Shown: piece after piece, positions 1-8,900 of the stretch | Layout: each line of letters starts with the position of its first letter | Numbering within the stretch: position 1 is the stretch's first letter | Assembly (NCBI GenBank): GCA_016176525.1 | Contig: JACOWZ010000003.1 | Span: 385,000 to 448,999 of the forward strand | DNA: 64,000 nt | Reading direction: 5' to 3' | Origin: Candidatus Colwellbacteria bacterium | Lineage (GTDB): Bacteria > Patescibacteriota > Minisyncoccia > UBA6257 > Colwellbacteraceae | The notes under the pieces: model-generated | Seen by the model: only the letters and a program-made list of their open reading frames with translations | Told to the model about the DNA's origin: nothing | The model's database searches: none | Program-made: the position numbers and the translations under genes

Positions 1-1881
1 ATGATGAGTGTTAATCATCCAGACGTTTTAGATTTTATTACCTGTAAGAAAGTAGAAGGCGATATAAGAAACTTTAATATTTCTGTAAAAGTTACAGATG
101 AGTTTATGCGAGCTGTTTCAGAAGGTTCTAAAAAGCCATGGCTATGTGAGTGGAAAGGCAAAAAGATGAAACCGAGGAGAGTACTCCGGCGGCCAAACGG
201 CGCGGTTTACGGCGTGGAAGAGCTTGATATGACTGCCTCGCAAATTTTGGATGAGATTGTAGATTATGCGTGGTTAAACGGTGAGCCTGGAATTGTTTTT
301 ATTGACGAGGTTAATCGCACAAATCCTCTTCCCCAGATGGGTTCTATCCAATGCTCTAATCCGTGCGGAGAGCAATTTTTGCACCCGTACGACAATTGCA
401 ACCTTGGTTCTATAAACTTGGCTCCGTTTGCAAAAAATGGAGCAGTGGACTGGAAGCGGTTAAAGTTTGTAACCCAAGTAGCAACGAGAATGCTTGATAA
501 CGTTATAGATCGCTTTAATTTTCCGGTTGAGGCGGTAACCGAGCTTGCGCGCAAGAATCGCCGCATAGGGTTAGGTATTATGGGCTTTGCCGATATGCTC
601 TATCAGTTGGGGATTGCCTACAATTCCAAAGAAGGTATTGCAATGGCCGAGAAAACTATGAAGTTTATAAACGATACTGCGCATGAGTATTCTGCAAAGC
701 TTGCTAAAGAAAAGAGTGCATTCCCAAATTGGAAGGGCAGTATTTACGGCAAACGTAAGATTAAAATTAGAAATGCAGCTTTGACGACTGTCGCGCCAAC
801 TGGCTCTATATCTATGATGCTTGATACATCTTCCGGAATTGAGCCGAACTTTGCTCTCGCGTTTATCAAACAAGACAAGGACGGATTACAATATCCATAC
901 CTCAATAAATATTTCGATGCCGAACTTCACAAGCGTAAATTCAGCGAAGCGAGAATCAAAGAAATCCGAGACGAGGTTATAAAAACCGGCACAGTTCAAC
1001 ATATGAAGGATTTGCCGCAGAATCTACGCGACACGTTCGTTGTCGCTATGGATATTTCCGGCGAAGAGCATATGAAGGCCCAAGCCGCTTTCCAAAAACA
1101 TGTTGACAACTCAATATCCAAAACTATAAACCTGCCTAATAGCGCCACCAAAGAAGACGTGAAAGCTGGTTACGTTACTGCTTGGAAGTTGAAGTGTAAG
1201 AGTTCTACAGTTTACAGAGACGGTAGCCGTAATGTTCAGATTTTAAACATCGGCACATCGGACAAAGTCGTTTCTACGATTGAAGATCCGCTAAAACGCA
1301 AAGCGCCGATGAATTTAGAGGTAGATAAAGGCAAGATTGCGCCGCGCGTGAGGCCAGAGGTTATGCAGGGTAGAACTTACAAAATTAAAACCGGCTACGG
1401 CAATTTGTTTGTAACGATCAATAACGATGAGGCTGGTGCGCCGTTTGAGGTCTTCGCCGCAATTGGCAAGAGTGGTGGGTTTTTCCAAGAGCAGAGCGAG
1501 GCAATTTGCAGGCTAATATCACTTGCACTTCGCTCTGGAATTAAGACAGAAGAAATTATAGATATGTTAAAAGGCATTCGCGGGCCAATGCCAGTTATGA
1601 GCGACAAGGGCACTATTTTCTCTTTGCCGGATGCAATAGCTCGCGTTTTGGAAGAGCACGCAATGGGGTTTGGTGTGTCTTCTGGCGCGCAAGAGGCATT
1701 ACCTGTTCCGCAAACCGTTTTGGAATCCGCAGCTAAAAATGAGGTTATTTCTCCAAAAGCGCAGAAAAGAGAAATGGCAGATTTTGGCCACATGCCCGGG
1801 TGCCCGGATTGCGGCCAGTCACTTGTGATGGCAGAAGGATGTATATCATGCAAATCCTGTGGCTTTACGCGTTGTCTTTAG
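1..1881 (+). CDS. nrdJ: Class II (adenosylcobalamin-dependent) ribonucleotide reductase, 5'-truncated by window edge; C-terminal TSCPD domain and Zn ribbon
   Basis: GEPG, NPCGEQ, CNLGSINL, TTVAPTGSIS and ISKTINLP motifs; C-terminal CPDC..CKSCG. Confidence 0.93.
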   Translation: MMSVNHPDVLDFITCKKVEGDIRNFNISVKVTDEFMRAVSEGSKKPWLCEWKGKKMKPRRVLRRPNGAVYGVEELDMTASQILDEIVDYAWLNGEPGIVFIDEVNRTNPLPQMGSIQCSNPCGEQFLHPYDNCNLGSINLAPFAKNGAVDWKRLKFVTQVATRMLDNVIDRFNFPVEAVTELARKNRRIGLGIMGFADMLYQLGIAYNSKEGIAMAEKTMKFINDTAHEYSAKLAKEKSAFPNWKGSIYGKRKIKIRNAALTTVAPTGSISMMLDTSSGIEPNFALAFIKQDKDGLQYPYLNKYFDAELHKRKFSEARIKEIRDEVIKTGTVQHMKDLPQNLRDTFVVAMDISGEEHMKAQAAFQKHVDNSISKTINLPNSATKEDVKAGYVTAWKLKCKSSTVYRDGSRNVQILNIGTSDKVVSTIEDPLKRKAPMNLEVDKGKIAPRVRPEVMQGRTYKIKTGYGNLFVTINNDEAGAPFEVFAAIGKSGGFFQEQSEAICRLISLALRSGIKTEEIIDMLKGIRGPMPVMSDKGTIFSLPDAIARVLEEHAMGFGVSSGAQEALPVPQTVLESAAKNEVISPKAQKREMADFGHMPGCPDCGQSLVMAEGCISCKSCGFTRCL

Positions 1882-1971
1882 AAATTAAGCTATAACTTTG
1901 TCGCTTCGTCGTCGATATACACGCAGAGCGCGTATAATCTCCTCCTTGCTTCTCGTTCTAACTTAATTTCT
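1880..1971. repeat. ~92-bp structured inverted-repeat element
   Basis: AGAAATTAAGCTATAAC ... GTTCTAACTTAATTTCT (15/17 inverted match) enclosing an inner TATACACGC/GCGCGTATA hairpin. Confidence 0.6.
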
Positions 1972-2108
1972 TTTGACATCGCAAATTACTATTCTTCGGA
2001 GTGTCTTAGTGTTCATAAAAATTTCTTAGCATTTTTTAGACATTATAGTCTTTACCGGATTTTTGTAGTTTTGTATATAAAAATCCCCAGATTTATCTAG
2101 GGACTAAA

Positions 2109-2417
2109 CTAGCTGCGCCACCAATGTGATCGGGTTGTCTCGGCATAAAATCCGCCGATTTCAAAGCTCTCTTTAGGCTTTTCAGTAACCCAATCGCCAT
2201 TTGGGCCGACCCACATCTTTTCTCCACCAGTCTCAGATTCATAGCCGAATGATTTGTGCGACATAACGCCGTTACAGTTTGGGCATCGCCATTCTGTATC
2301 CATTGCTTCAGGGGGCATGCCTTCAATTGAAACAATGGTCTTGCAATGCTCGCAAATACCCAGACTCTCTAGTCCGACTGGTTTAGCCGATGTTAATGTG
2401 CTTTGATTCTTATCCAA
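2109..2417 (-). CDS. Hypothetical Zn-ribbon protein
   Basis: CEHC and CPNC pairs; hairpin plus A-tract just beyond the stop (~2078-2104). Confidence 0.6.
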   Translation of the reverse strand: MDKNQSTLTSAKPVGLESLGICEHCKTIVSIEGMPPEAMDTEWRCPNCNGVMSHKSFGYESETGGEKMWVGPNGDWVTEKPKESFEIGGFYAETTRSHWWRS

Positions 2418-2468
2418 TTCTACCGCTCCGTTGATGATAGGTTAATGTATAGAACTTTAATTTTCAAG

Positions 2469-3101
2469 CTATGCACCAAATTTATTGAGCGGGCATTTGT
2501 CGTGTGCGTGGGGTTTTGCGGCACAGTAGGTACGGCCATAGTCTACTAGGCGATAGTTTAATTCCGGCCATTCTTTTTTAGGTAATAATTCCATAAGGTC
2601 CCGTTCAATTTTTACGGGGTTTTTGTGTGCGGAGAGCCCCAGGCGTTGTGATAGGCGCATAACGTGCGTGTCTACTGCAATGCCCTCCACAATGCCGTAT
2701 GCATTGTGTAGCACAATATTGCCGGTTTTGCGCGCTACGCCGGGGAGTTCTAAGATTTCTTCCATTGTATTTGGCACCTTGCCGCCGAATTTTTCTTTAA
2801 CAAGTTTAGCGGAGGCCAAGATATTCTTCGTTTTATTGCGATATAGGCCGATTTCTTTTACGTCTTGTTCAAACTCCTCTTGTGTTGCGTTTACATAATC
2901 ATCCAGTTTTTTATATTTCTTAAAAAGCCGCGTGGTTACTTCATTTACCTTTTTGTCTGTTGTCTGCGCGGACAAAATTGTGGCAACCAGCAATTCCCAC
3001 GGATTTTTCCAATTAATTAGTGCAACTTTTGTTCTTGGAAATAGTTTTTTTAAGATTCTTAATATCTCTTTTGCTCGCTTTTTTCTTTTTTCTATAGACA
3101 T
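2469..3101 (-). CDS. nth: Endonuclease III (HhH-GPD glycosylase); start probably MSIEK at 3101
   Basis: LVATILSAQTTDKKVN, HhH LPGVARKTGN, IAVDTHV. Confidence 0.92.
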   Translation of the reverse strand: MSIEKRKKRAKEILRILKKLFPRTKVALINWKNPWELLVATILSAQTTDKKVNEVTTRLFKKYKKLDDYVNATQEEFEQDVKEIGLYRNKTKNILASAKLVKEKFGGKVPNTMEEILELPGVARKTGNIVLHNAYGIVEGIAVDTHVMRLSQRLGLSAHKNPVKIERDLMELLPKKEWPELNYRLVDYGRTYCAAKPHAHDKCPLNKFGA

Positions 3102-3140
3102 ACCCACTTTAGTTTTTATCTTTAACCTTACCTTCAACCA

Positions 3141-3164
3141 GGTGTTATGATCAATCATAACACC
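3141..3164. repeat. 24-bp palindrome, copy 1 (GGTGTTATGAT-CA-ATCATAACACC)
   Basis: Direct reading; supplies the TGA stop of the MGMT-family gene. Confidence 0.95.
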
Positions 3165-3409
3165 GTTCTTTCGTTTTTTAATAGTTTTATTTTAGTTCTT
3201 GTGCCGCGGTTATATCCTCCAATTTTACCATCAGAACGTATTACTCGGTGGCAGGGGATGGAGGAGTTGTAATTTTTGTTCAAAATATTGCCCACAGCCC
3301 GGGCCGCGCGCGCATTACCTGCCCGCCGCGCCACCTCTTTGTAGGTTAGAGTTTTGCCGCGCGGAATTTTCTTTACAATTGCGAGTACCCTTTCTCTAAA
3401 CCTTGTCAT
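3155..3409 (-). CDS. O6-alkylguanine-DNA alkyltransferase (MGMT/Ogt C-terminal domain only)
   Basis: IPRGKTLTYKEVA, ARAVG, active-site PCHRV. Confidence 0.88.
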   Translation of the reverse strand: MTRFRERVLAIVKKIPRGKTLTYKEVARRAGNARAARAVGNILNKNYNSSIPCHRVIRSDGKIGGYNRGTRTKIKLLKNERTVL

Positions 3410-4052
3410 ATTTAGAAGCAAATTCTTTTAGTGTTAGAGAATTGATGCGGGTGAATTTGCCGACGCGGGTGCGCTCTAGCGCAGCTAGGTAGCCGCCGAC
3501 GCCGAGCTTTGCGCCAATGTCGCGGGCAAGCGAGCGAATGTAAACACCCTTACCGGTTTTTACGCGAATTTCCAAATATGGCCACTTGTATTTAATAAGT
3601 GCAATTTTTTTAATTTCAACTGGCCTTGGTTTTAACGCAGGAGTCTTGCCTTTGCGGGCCAATTGGTAAGCACGCTTGCCTTTGAGTTTTATTGCGCTGT
3701 ACGCCGGCGGGGTTTGCATAATTTTATCCTCAAAGGTTTTTAGCACTTTCTTTACGGTGTTATGATTGATCATAACACCGGTCTCTTCACGCTGCATCGG
3801 GCCTTCTGCATCATCTGTTGCGCTTGTGTACCCAAGTTTTATTTTTGCGATGTATTCTTTATCTGCGGCTACCTGCTTTTCTAGTTTGCGAGTATATTTA
3901 CGGCTGATTGCGACAACAAGCACCCCCTTTGCTAAAGGGTCTAGCGTACCGGCATGTCCGATTCGGCGTTCGCCGGTTATTTTGCGGAGTTTGTTTATTA
4001 TGTCGTGCGAAGTAGGGCCAGTGGGCTTATAAATACCAAAAATACCTTCCAA
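3396..4052 (-). CDS. truB: tRNA pseudouridine(55) synthase
   Basis: KPTGPTSHD, GHAGTLDPLAKGVL, PPAYSAIK, GVYIRSLARDIG. Confidence 0.96.
   Translation of the reverse strand: MEGIFGIYKPTGPTSHDIINKLRKITGERRIGHAGTLDPLAKGVLVVAISRKYTRKLEKQVAADKEYIAKIKLGYTSATDDAEGPMQREETGVMINHNTVKKVLKTFEDKIMQTPPAYSAIKLKGKRAYQLARKGKTPALKPRPVEIKKIALIKYKWPYLEIRVKTGKGVYIRSLARDIGAKLGVGGYLAALERTRVGKFTRINSLTLKEFASKYDKV
3756..3779. repeat. 24-bp palindrome, copy 2, in-frame inside truB (GVMINHNT)
   Basis: GGTGTTATGATTGATCATAACACC. Confidence 0.95.
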
Positions 4053-4054
4053 AG

Positions 4055-4888
4055 CTATTGTATTTCGTAGCGTACCGTAACGTTAATTATTACTTCTTGC
4101 GAGCCCGGTTCTATAGTGGGCGCAACTTTGCCGGCTTCTTCTGCAACTGCTGCGTCAAAGGAGCGTATTGCAAAAGGCGAGTAATATCCTTCTTCTATTG
4201 ATATAATTTTACCTATCCTGAAACCCGCTGCTTTTGCAGTGGCCTCTGCCTGCACGCGAGCTTTTTCTATTGCCATAGCGCGAGCTTGGTTTTGCAACTC
4301 TGCTGGGTCGTCTATCGTAAAGTTTAGGCTGGATACTGTGTTTGCGCCGTTTTCAACCACTCCGCCCAATAATGCGCTAATTTTCTCAAAATCGCGCACT
4401 TTTACCGAAACAGTTTGGTTTATTTCGTAACCAACAATTTCTGCCGGTGGGCACACGGAGTCGTTAGTTATAACCGTGCTCTCTGCACCGCCAAATCCGC
4501 TAACGCCGCTACCCATGGGGCTAAGAATGCGCGGATAAGATGGTGTGCAGTATTGGTAACGCGGGCTTACGTTGTAGCTCTCGGTTTTTATATCTTCGCT
4601 CTTTACACCCTGTGATTTAACAAAGTCTATTGCTTTGTTTGCTTTTTCAGTGTTGGTTTGTTGAAGCTCTGCCAAATCCAAGCCGCCTTGAGTTGTTATG
4701 CTAAATGTAAATGTTGCAATGTCGGGCACTGCCACCGCTTTGCCTTCGCCAGATGCCGAAAAGCTTCTAAATGATCCCGGTTCAATTTGCTTTGCATACG
4801 AGTCAGCAAATTTTGTTGCCGCGAATGCAAACATTAATATTGCTAATATACCCACTACGCCTAGGGCGTTTTTTATATTGTTTGTCAT
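4055..4888 (-). CDS. SIMPL/DUF541 domain protein, membrane-anchored
   Basis: SGEGKAVAVPDIA, VSVKVRDF, GAN..F.IDD, ARAMAIEKAR, IEPGSQEV; TATAAT 6 nt before ATG 4888. Confidence 0.88.
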   Translation of the reverse strand: MTNNIKNALGVVGILAILMFAFAATKFADSYAKQIEPGSFRSFSASGEGKAVAVPDIATFTFSITTQGGLDLAELQQTNTEKANKAIDFVKSQGVKSEDIKTESYNVSPRYQYCTPSYPRILSPMGSGVSGFGGAESTVITNDSVCPPAEIVGYEINQTVSVKVRDFEKISALLGGVVENGANTVSSLNFTIDDPAELQNQARAMAIEKARVQAEATAKAAGFRIGKIISIEEGYYSPFAIRSFDAAVAEEAGKVAPTIEPGSQEVIINVTVRYEIQ

Positions 4889-4913
4889 ATCGCTATTATA
4901 CCAAACTATAACG

Positions 4914-5031
4914 TTCACCACCCACCCATACTCTACAAGTCACCGGCGTAAAATTCTTACTGAATTTTCGCCTATATCTTACGCCTATGCGCTCCGAAGA
5001 TGACTTTACGAGCATGGCTGGGCGGCTCCGC
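4914..5031. repeat. ~115-bp structured repeat, copy A (diverged)
   Basis: Shares AGTCACCGGCGTAAAATTC...GAATTTTCGCC...GCTCCGAAGATGACT with copies at 25845 and 50829. Confidence 0.85.
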
Positions 5032-5037
5032 ACTTAT

Positions 5038-5664
5038 TTAGAATAATGAAATTTGATTTTTAGCTTCTGTAGTTTGTTTTGCTTCGGGCGCGGTTTTTGT
5101 AAGCAATGATTCAAAGTTTTTTATAAGTTCCGGCAGTTTTTTAAAGTCTGTTTCTAAATCTTTTAAAACTCCAGTGGAGCGCAGTGCCGCTGCGGGGTGG
5201 TATAGCGGGAATATCAATTTATTGCTCAAGCGAAAAACCCTGCCGTGGTCTTTAGAGATTTTTGCATAAGGCAGAAAGTAGTTCATAGAAAATCTGCCCA
5301 ATGGCGCTATTATTGGCGCATTTAGAATTTCCAGTTCGCGCTTTAAGTATGGAGCGTAGACGGCAATCTCCTCCGGGAGTGGGTCGCGATTCTCTGGCGG
5401 GCGGTGTTTTACAATGTTTGTTATATAGACCGTTGCGCGGGGTATGCCGATATTTACTAGTATTTTGTCTAAAAGTTTGCCGGCACGGCCCACAAATGGT
5501 GTTTTAAGCTCGTTTTCAAAACGTCCCGGCGCTTCGCCGATGAATACAACTTTTGAGTTTGTGTCTCCAACGCCGAAAACAAGATTTATTCCCTGTGCAC
5601 GGAGCGGCAGGGAATTATCAGTATCCATTTCTTCTTTTAGCTTAAGAAGCTCGGCAGATTTCAC
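5038..5664 (-). CDS. Uracil-DNA glycosylase, family 4-like
   Basis: FIGEAPG, PFVGRAGKLL, RPPENRDP, YHPAAALR. Confidence 0.92.
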   Translation of the reverse strand: MKSAELLKLKEEMDTDNSLPLRAQGINLVFGVGDTNSKVVFIGEAPGRFENELKTPFVGRAGKLLDKILVNIGIPRATVYITNIVKHRPPENRDPLPEEIAVYAPYLKRELEILNAPIIAPLGRFSMNYFLPYAKISKDHGRVFRLSNKLIFPLYHPAAALRSTGVLKDLETDFKKLPELIKNFESLLTKTAPEAKQTTEAKNQISLF

Positions 5665-6227
5665 AAAATTGTTACAGAAGTTATGCTTACTGGTTCTTTA
5701 GGCTTTGAAATTTCTGTTGGGTTAAGAGGGTTCGGCTGGGTTTCTGCTCCGGCAATTTTGTCCACGGTTTCTAGCCCCTCTATAACATGCCCGAATATTA
5801 CATAGTTTTTAGGCAGGGGTTGGTCGGCATGCATTATAAAAAATTGGCTGCCGTTTGTATTTGGTCCGCGGTTTGCCATTGCAACTGTGCCGCGGAGGTA
5901 TTCGCCCTTAAACGGCTCGTCGGCAAAAACGTAGCCCGGCCCACCTGTGCCGTCGCCATTAGGGTCGCCGCCCTGTATCATAAATCCCGATATTACCCTG
6001 TGAAATATTGTGCCGTTGTAAAAACCCTCCCCGGCGAGTTTGATAAAATTTTCTGCCGTTTTTGGAGTTTTATCAGCGTACAATTCTATTTGTATTGTCC
6101 CTGCAGTTGTTTCTAATTGAACTACTGGGTTTGTGATTCTTGTTGTTTGCATATATAAAAGCACCGCAAGCACCGCGCCAACAAACGATAGGGCAAATGC
6201 AGCAGCGATTACTTTTTTTGTGGACAT
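5661..6227 (-). CDS. Cyclophilin-type peptidyl-prolyl isomerase with N-terminal membrane anchor
   Basis: FHRVISGFMIQGGDP, AMANRGPNTNGSQFFI. Confidence 0.95.
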   Translation of the reverse strand: MSTKKVIAAAFALSFVGAVLAVLLYMQTTRITNPVVQLETTAGTIQIELYADKTPKTAENFIKLAGEGFYNGTIFHRVISGFMIQGGDPNGDGTGGPGYVFADEPFKGEYLRGTVAMANRGPNTNGSQFFIMHADQPLPKNYVIFGHVIEGLETVDKIAGAETQPNPLNPTEISKPKEPVSITSVTIL

Positions 6228-6258
6228 AAACCTAATTATACAACATTATAATTAAGCT

Positions 6259-7233
6259 ATGTTAATAGATGAGATAAAAATAAAAATTTCTGGTGGGGCA
6301 GGTGGCAGGGGTGCCGTGGCTTTCCAAAGAAATCTTAAGAGTTTGGGGCCGACTGGCGGGCATGGAGGGCGCGGAGGGAGAGTTTACTTTGAAGGGGTAT
6401 CGGACTTAAGCGCACTCAACCAATTTAGGTTTAAAAAAGACATTAAGGCCGAAGATGGCAAAGATGGCAGGAGCCAGTTTCGAGATGGGTCTGACGGCAG
6501 AGATTTAACCCTAAAAATTCCGGTAGGCACGATTATACACAACGTTACCAAGGGCGCTTCCTTTGAGATGTTAAAAATCGGCCAAAGGTTGCTTGCGGCC
6601 AAAGGCGGCCGGGGAGGCAGAGGTAATTTCCACTTTAGATCTTCGCGGAACACTAGCCCAAAAGAATTTGAAGAAGGCAGGGTTGGAGAAGAATTTGAAT
6701 TAAGGCTTGAATTAAAATTTATCGCAGATGTTGGCTTAGTCGGCTTCCCCAATGTTGGCAAATCAAGCTTGCTAAACGAGCTTACTAGCGCTAGAAGCAA
6801 GGTTGCAAATTATGCTTTTACAACTCTTGAGCCTAATCTAGGCGTTTATTATGAACTTATTCTTGCAGACTTGCCGGGACTTATAGAAGGCGCCTCGCGC
6901 GGCAAAGGTTTGGGCGTAAAATTCTTAAAACATATTGAGCGAACCAAGGTTATTTTTCATCTAGTTTCGGCAGACTCCGCCGACCCGGTTAAAGATTATA
7001 AAACAGTCCGCAAAGAACTGGGGCAATATAGCAAGGAACTGCTAAAAAAACGGGAGTTTTTGATGTTAGCGAAAAGCGACCTGATTGATGCAAAAAGCCA
7101 AAAGACCTTGCTTGCTAAGTTAAAAAAGCTTAATAAGTCGGCTATACATATATCTGTATACGATTGGGATAGTTTGGAAGAAGTTAAGCGTATTCTAAAC
7201 GAACTAGTTAAAGAGAAACATAATTCAGAATAA
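6259..7233 (+). CDS. obg: GTPase Obg/CgtA
   Basis: Gly-rich Obg fold, GFPNVGKS, YAFTTL, DLPG. Confidence 0.96.
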   Translation: MLIDEIKIKISGGAGGRGAVAFQRNLKSLGPTGGHGGRGGRVYFEGVSDLSALNQFRFKKDIKAEDGKDGRSQFRDGSDGRDLTLKIPVGTIIHNVTKGASFEMLKIGQRLLAAKGGRGGRGNFHFRSSRNTSPKEFEEGRVGEEFELRLELKFIADVGLVGFPNVGKSSLLNELTSARSKVANYAFTTLEPNLGVYYELILADLPGLIEGASRGKGLGVKFLKHIERTKVIFHLVSADSADPVKDYKTVRKELGQYSKELLKKREFLMLAKSDLIDAKSQKTLLAKLKKLNKSAIHISVYDWDSLEEVKRILNELVKEKHNSE

Positions 7234-7281
7234 AAATCTCGCCTAGTGTTTTGGCGAGGTAGGGTTCTGTGTTTATTGTTG

Positions 7282-7542
7282 TCACGCTTCACCCATTAGC
7301 TTTTTTCTTTCCTTCAGCCATTCAATGTGGAGTTTTTTCTTTTCTTCCTCTTTGTTGATGGCTGTTCCTGTTTCTTCCGCTAGCCCTAAGTTTTTAATGA
7401 ACTTTGCGCACTCCGGGCAATCTCCACTGGAAGTCAGCGCAACTTCCTTGTGTCTTGGGCAGGTTGATATTTCTACCATTTTTTCTCGCGCCCGCGCTTT
7501 TTGTTCTAAGCTCTTTCTAGCACTTTGTAGTGTTAAAGTCAA
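7282..7542 (-). CDS. Hypothetical protein with CxxH/CxxC motif (start uncertain)
   Basis: CPRH...CPEC in a protein-like ORF. Confidence 0.45.
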   Translation of the reverse strand: MTLTLQSARKSLEQKARAREKMVEISTCPRHKEVALTSSGDCPECAKFIKNLGLAEETGTAINKEEEKKKLHIEWLKERKKLMGEA

Positions 7543-7682
7543 GTTGTGTAAATAAATGTAAAAAGTTTTCCACAGTTTGTGTTTTGTTTACTTGAGCAAA
7601 TAAGATAAAATTATTTTGTAAAGTATTTTTCTCCTTAAAAAATAAAGGTCGAGAGATTTCTAGTGTAAAAAAATAAATTAAA

Positions 7683-7799
7683 ATGGCTAAAAAAAGAAGA
7701 GTAATGAAAAGAAAGACTGCGAAAAAGAGAGCGACCAAGAGAAAAACTACAAAGAGAAGAAAATCTAAGAAAAGAACGACGCGCAGGAGAAGAAGGTAA
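7683..7799 (+). CDS. 38-aa Lys/Arg-rich protamine/histone-H1-like small protein (not in ORF track)
   Basis: Manual translation MAKKRRVMKRKTAKKRATKRKTTKRRKSKKRTTRRRRR*; followed by a terminator hairpin. Confidence 0.75.
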   Translation: MAKKRRVMKRKTAKKRATKRKTTKRRKSKKRTTRRRRR

Positions 7800-7813
7800 G
7801 ATAGAGTTGTAAA

Positions 7814-7844
7814 AACAGCCCCGCAAATGCGGGGCTGTTGTTTT
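7814..7844 (+). terminator. Intrinsic terminator
   Basis: AACAGCCCCGCA-AA-TGCGGGGCTGTT then GTTTT. Confidence 0.75.
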
Positions 7845-7882
7845 AGCACAAAAAAAATAGGCCAGGCGTGAAGCCTGAGCCT

Positions 7883-8194
7883 TTATTCTAGATTAAGTTC
7901 GCCGCGCAGCCAGTTGCGCAGATCGCCGTAGGTTTTGACACTTCTAGGAAACACTACCCGCAAAGCGCAGCGCGAACATGTGACGGCGTTGTGCGTTTCA
8001 GAAATTATATGTACATCCATCTGACCGCCGCAGACGATGTGGATGCCAACGTTGATGAGCGTGAGCTCCTCGTCGTCGGAATGCCCGTTGCTTTGCTTTT
8101 TCAGCATTTCGCCGAACCGTGTTAGTACTATTGGTTTTATTTTAATCACCCTTGTAGGGATTGCTAACACATACTCTAGTGCACTAGACCTCAA
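7883..8194 (-). CDS. Hypothetical Zn-ribbon-like protein (start possibly 8107)
   Basis: HIVC...CSRC; hairpin plus A-tract beyond the stop. Confidence 0.5.
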   Translation of the reverse strand: MRSSALEYVLAIPTRVIKIKPIVLTRFGEMLKKQSNGHSDDEELTLINVGIHIVCGGQMDVHIISETHNAVTCSRCALRVVFPRSVKTYGDLRNWLRGELNLE

Positions 8195-8223
8195 TCGTCA
8201 AACCATGTAAAATGTTTGCGTAT

Positions 8224-8298
8224 TCCGGCGTAGCTCAGCGGTAGAGCGGCTCCCTGTTAAGGAGATGGTCGCAGGTTCGATCCCTGCCGCCGGAGCCA
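8224..8298 (+). tRNA. tRNA-Asn(GTT)
   Basis: TCCGGCG/CGCCGGA acceptor stem, CT-GTT-AA loop, GGTTCGATCC T-arm, encoded CCA. Confidence 0.95.
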
Positions 8299-8329
8299 AA
8301 TTCTTGATAGTCTGTGATATACTTTTTGC

Positions 8330-8749
8330 ATGAAAAGTAGTTTAGGGGCTGTGCCAATTACACTCATTTTAGTGGTTGTAATTGTGGTTGTGACGATTGG
8401 TGGAGTTGGTTTATATTTATATGTTCAAAATAAATTGAACTCGGTTGTAGAAGAATGTTCCGAAGATTCAATTTTGAGACTATACGAAGAAAAAAATTAT
8501 GAGGGTAGGTGTATCGCTCTTAAGGGGTCGGTTGATAATCTGGCTGACTATAATTTCGATAACATTTCGTCTTCTTTAAAAATAAAAGATGGCTATTCTG
8601 CTACATTCTTTGATGAAGCTGATTACAAAGGTAATTTTAGAATAGTTTGGACTAGCACCCCTTATTCAACGAGTGGTTTTGATAATTTAGTTTCTTCAAT
8701 AAGAGTTAAAGAAGGCGGAACTACAATAGAAATTAAGATGGAGGAGTAG
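8330..8749 (+). CDS. Membrane-anchored beta/gamma-crystallin-domain protein
   Basis: Two Greek-key-like repeats (LYEEKNYEG..FDNISSSLKI; FFDEADYKG..FDNLVSSIRV); N-terminal TM helix. Confidence 0.75.
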   Translation: MKSSLGAVPITLILVVVIVVVTIGGVGLYLYVQNKLNSVVEECSEDSILRLYEEKNYEGRCIALKGSVDNLADYNFDNISSSLKIKDGYSATFFDEADYKGNFRIVWTSTPYSTSGFDNLVSSIRVKEGGTTIEIKMEE

Positions 8750-8750
8750 C

Positions 8751-8780
8751 AAAATAAAATCCCTTCGGTTTAGCGAAGGG
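8751..8780 (-). terminator. Intrinsic terminator for the minus-strand mini-gene
   Basis: CCCTTCG-GTTTAG-CGAAGGG preceded on + by AAAATAAAAT. Confidence 0.6.
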
Positions 8781-8809
8781 TGGGTAGAGATGATCGGTTT
8801 CTTGTTCGG

Positions 8810-8872
8810 CTACTTGGGGTTGCGGGGTGGGTAGTTGTGTGGCTTCGTTTGTCCGCCGTGGTTTTTATCCAT
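8810..8872 (-). CDS. 20-aa peptide MDKNHGGQTKPHNYPPRNPK (not in ORF track)
   Basis: AAGGAGGTGA Shine-Dalgarno 4 nt upstream, own promoter and terminator. Confidence 0.55.
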   Translation of the reverse strand: MDKNHGGQTKPHNYPPRNPK

Positions 8873-8900
8873 TTGTTCACCTCCTTATGGTTCTGCCGAG

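Noticed and set aside
1-1881. Intein or intron in nrdJ
   Set aside because: Motif spacing is continuous in the visible part, with no splicing or homing-endonuclease motifs.
3102-3158. N-terminal extension MIDHNTWL... of nth
   Set aside because: The ATG comes from the 24-bp palindrome; Nth-like sequence begins near MSIEK (3101). Translational coupling from this ATG cannot be fully excluded.
7520-7680. AT-rich gap with TTTTCCACA, plus DnaA-box matches at 56098-56106 and 62519-62527, as a possible oriC
   Set aside because: The boxes are isolated, with no cluster and no dnaA/dnaN nearby.
7517-7849. Hydrophobic minus-strand ORFs (110 aa and 63 aa)
   Set aside because: They are antisense shadows of the Lys/Arg-rich + strand gene, which has a matching terminator.
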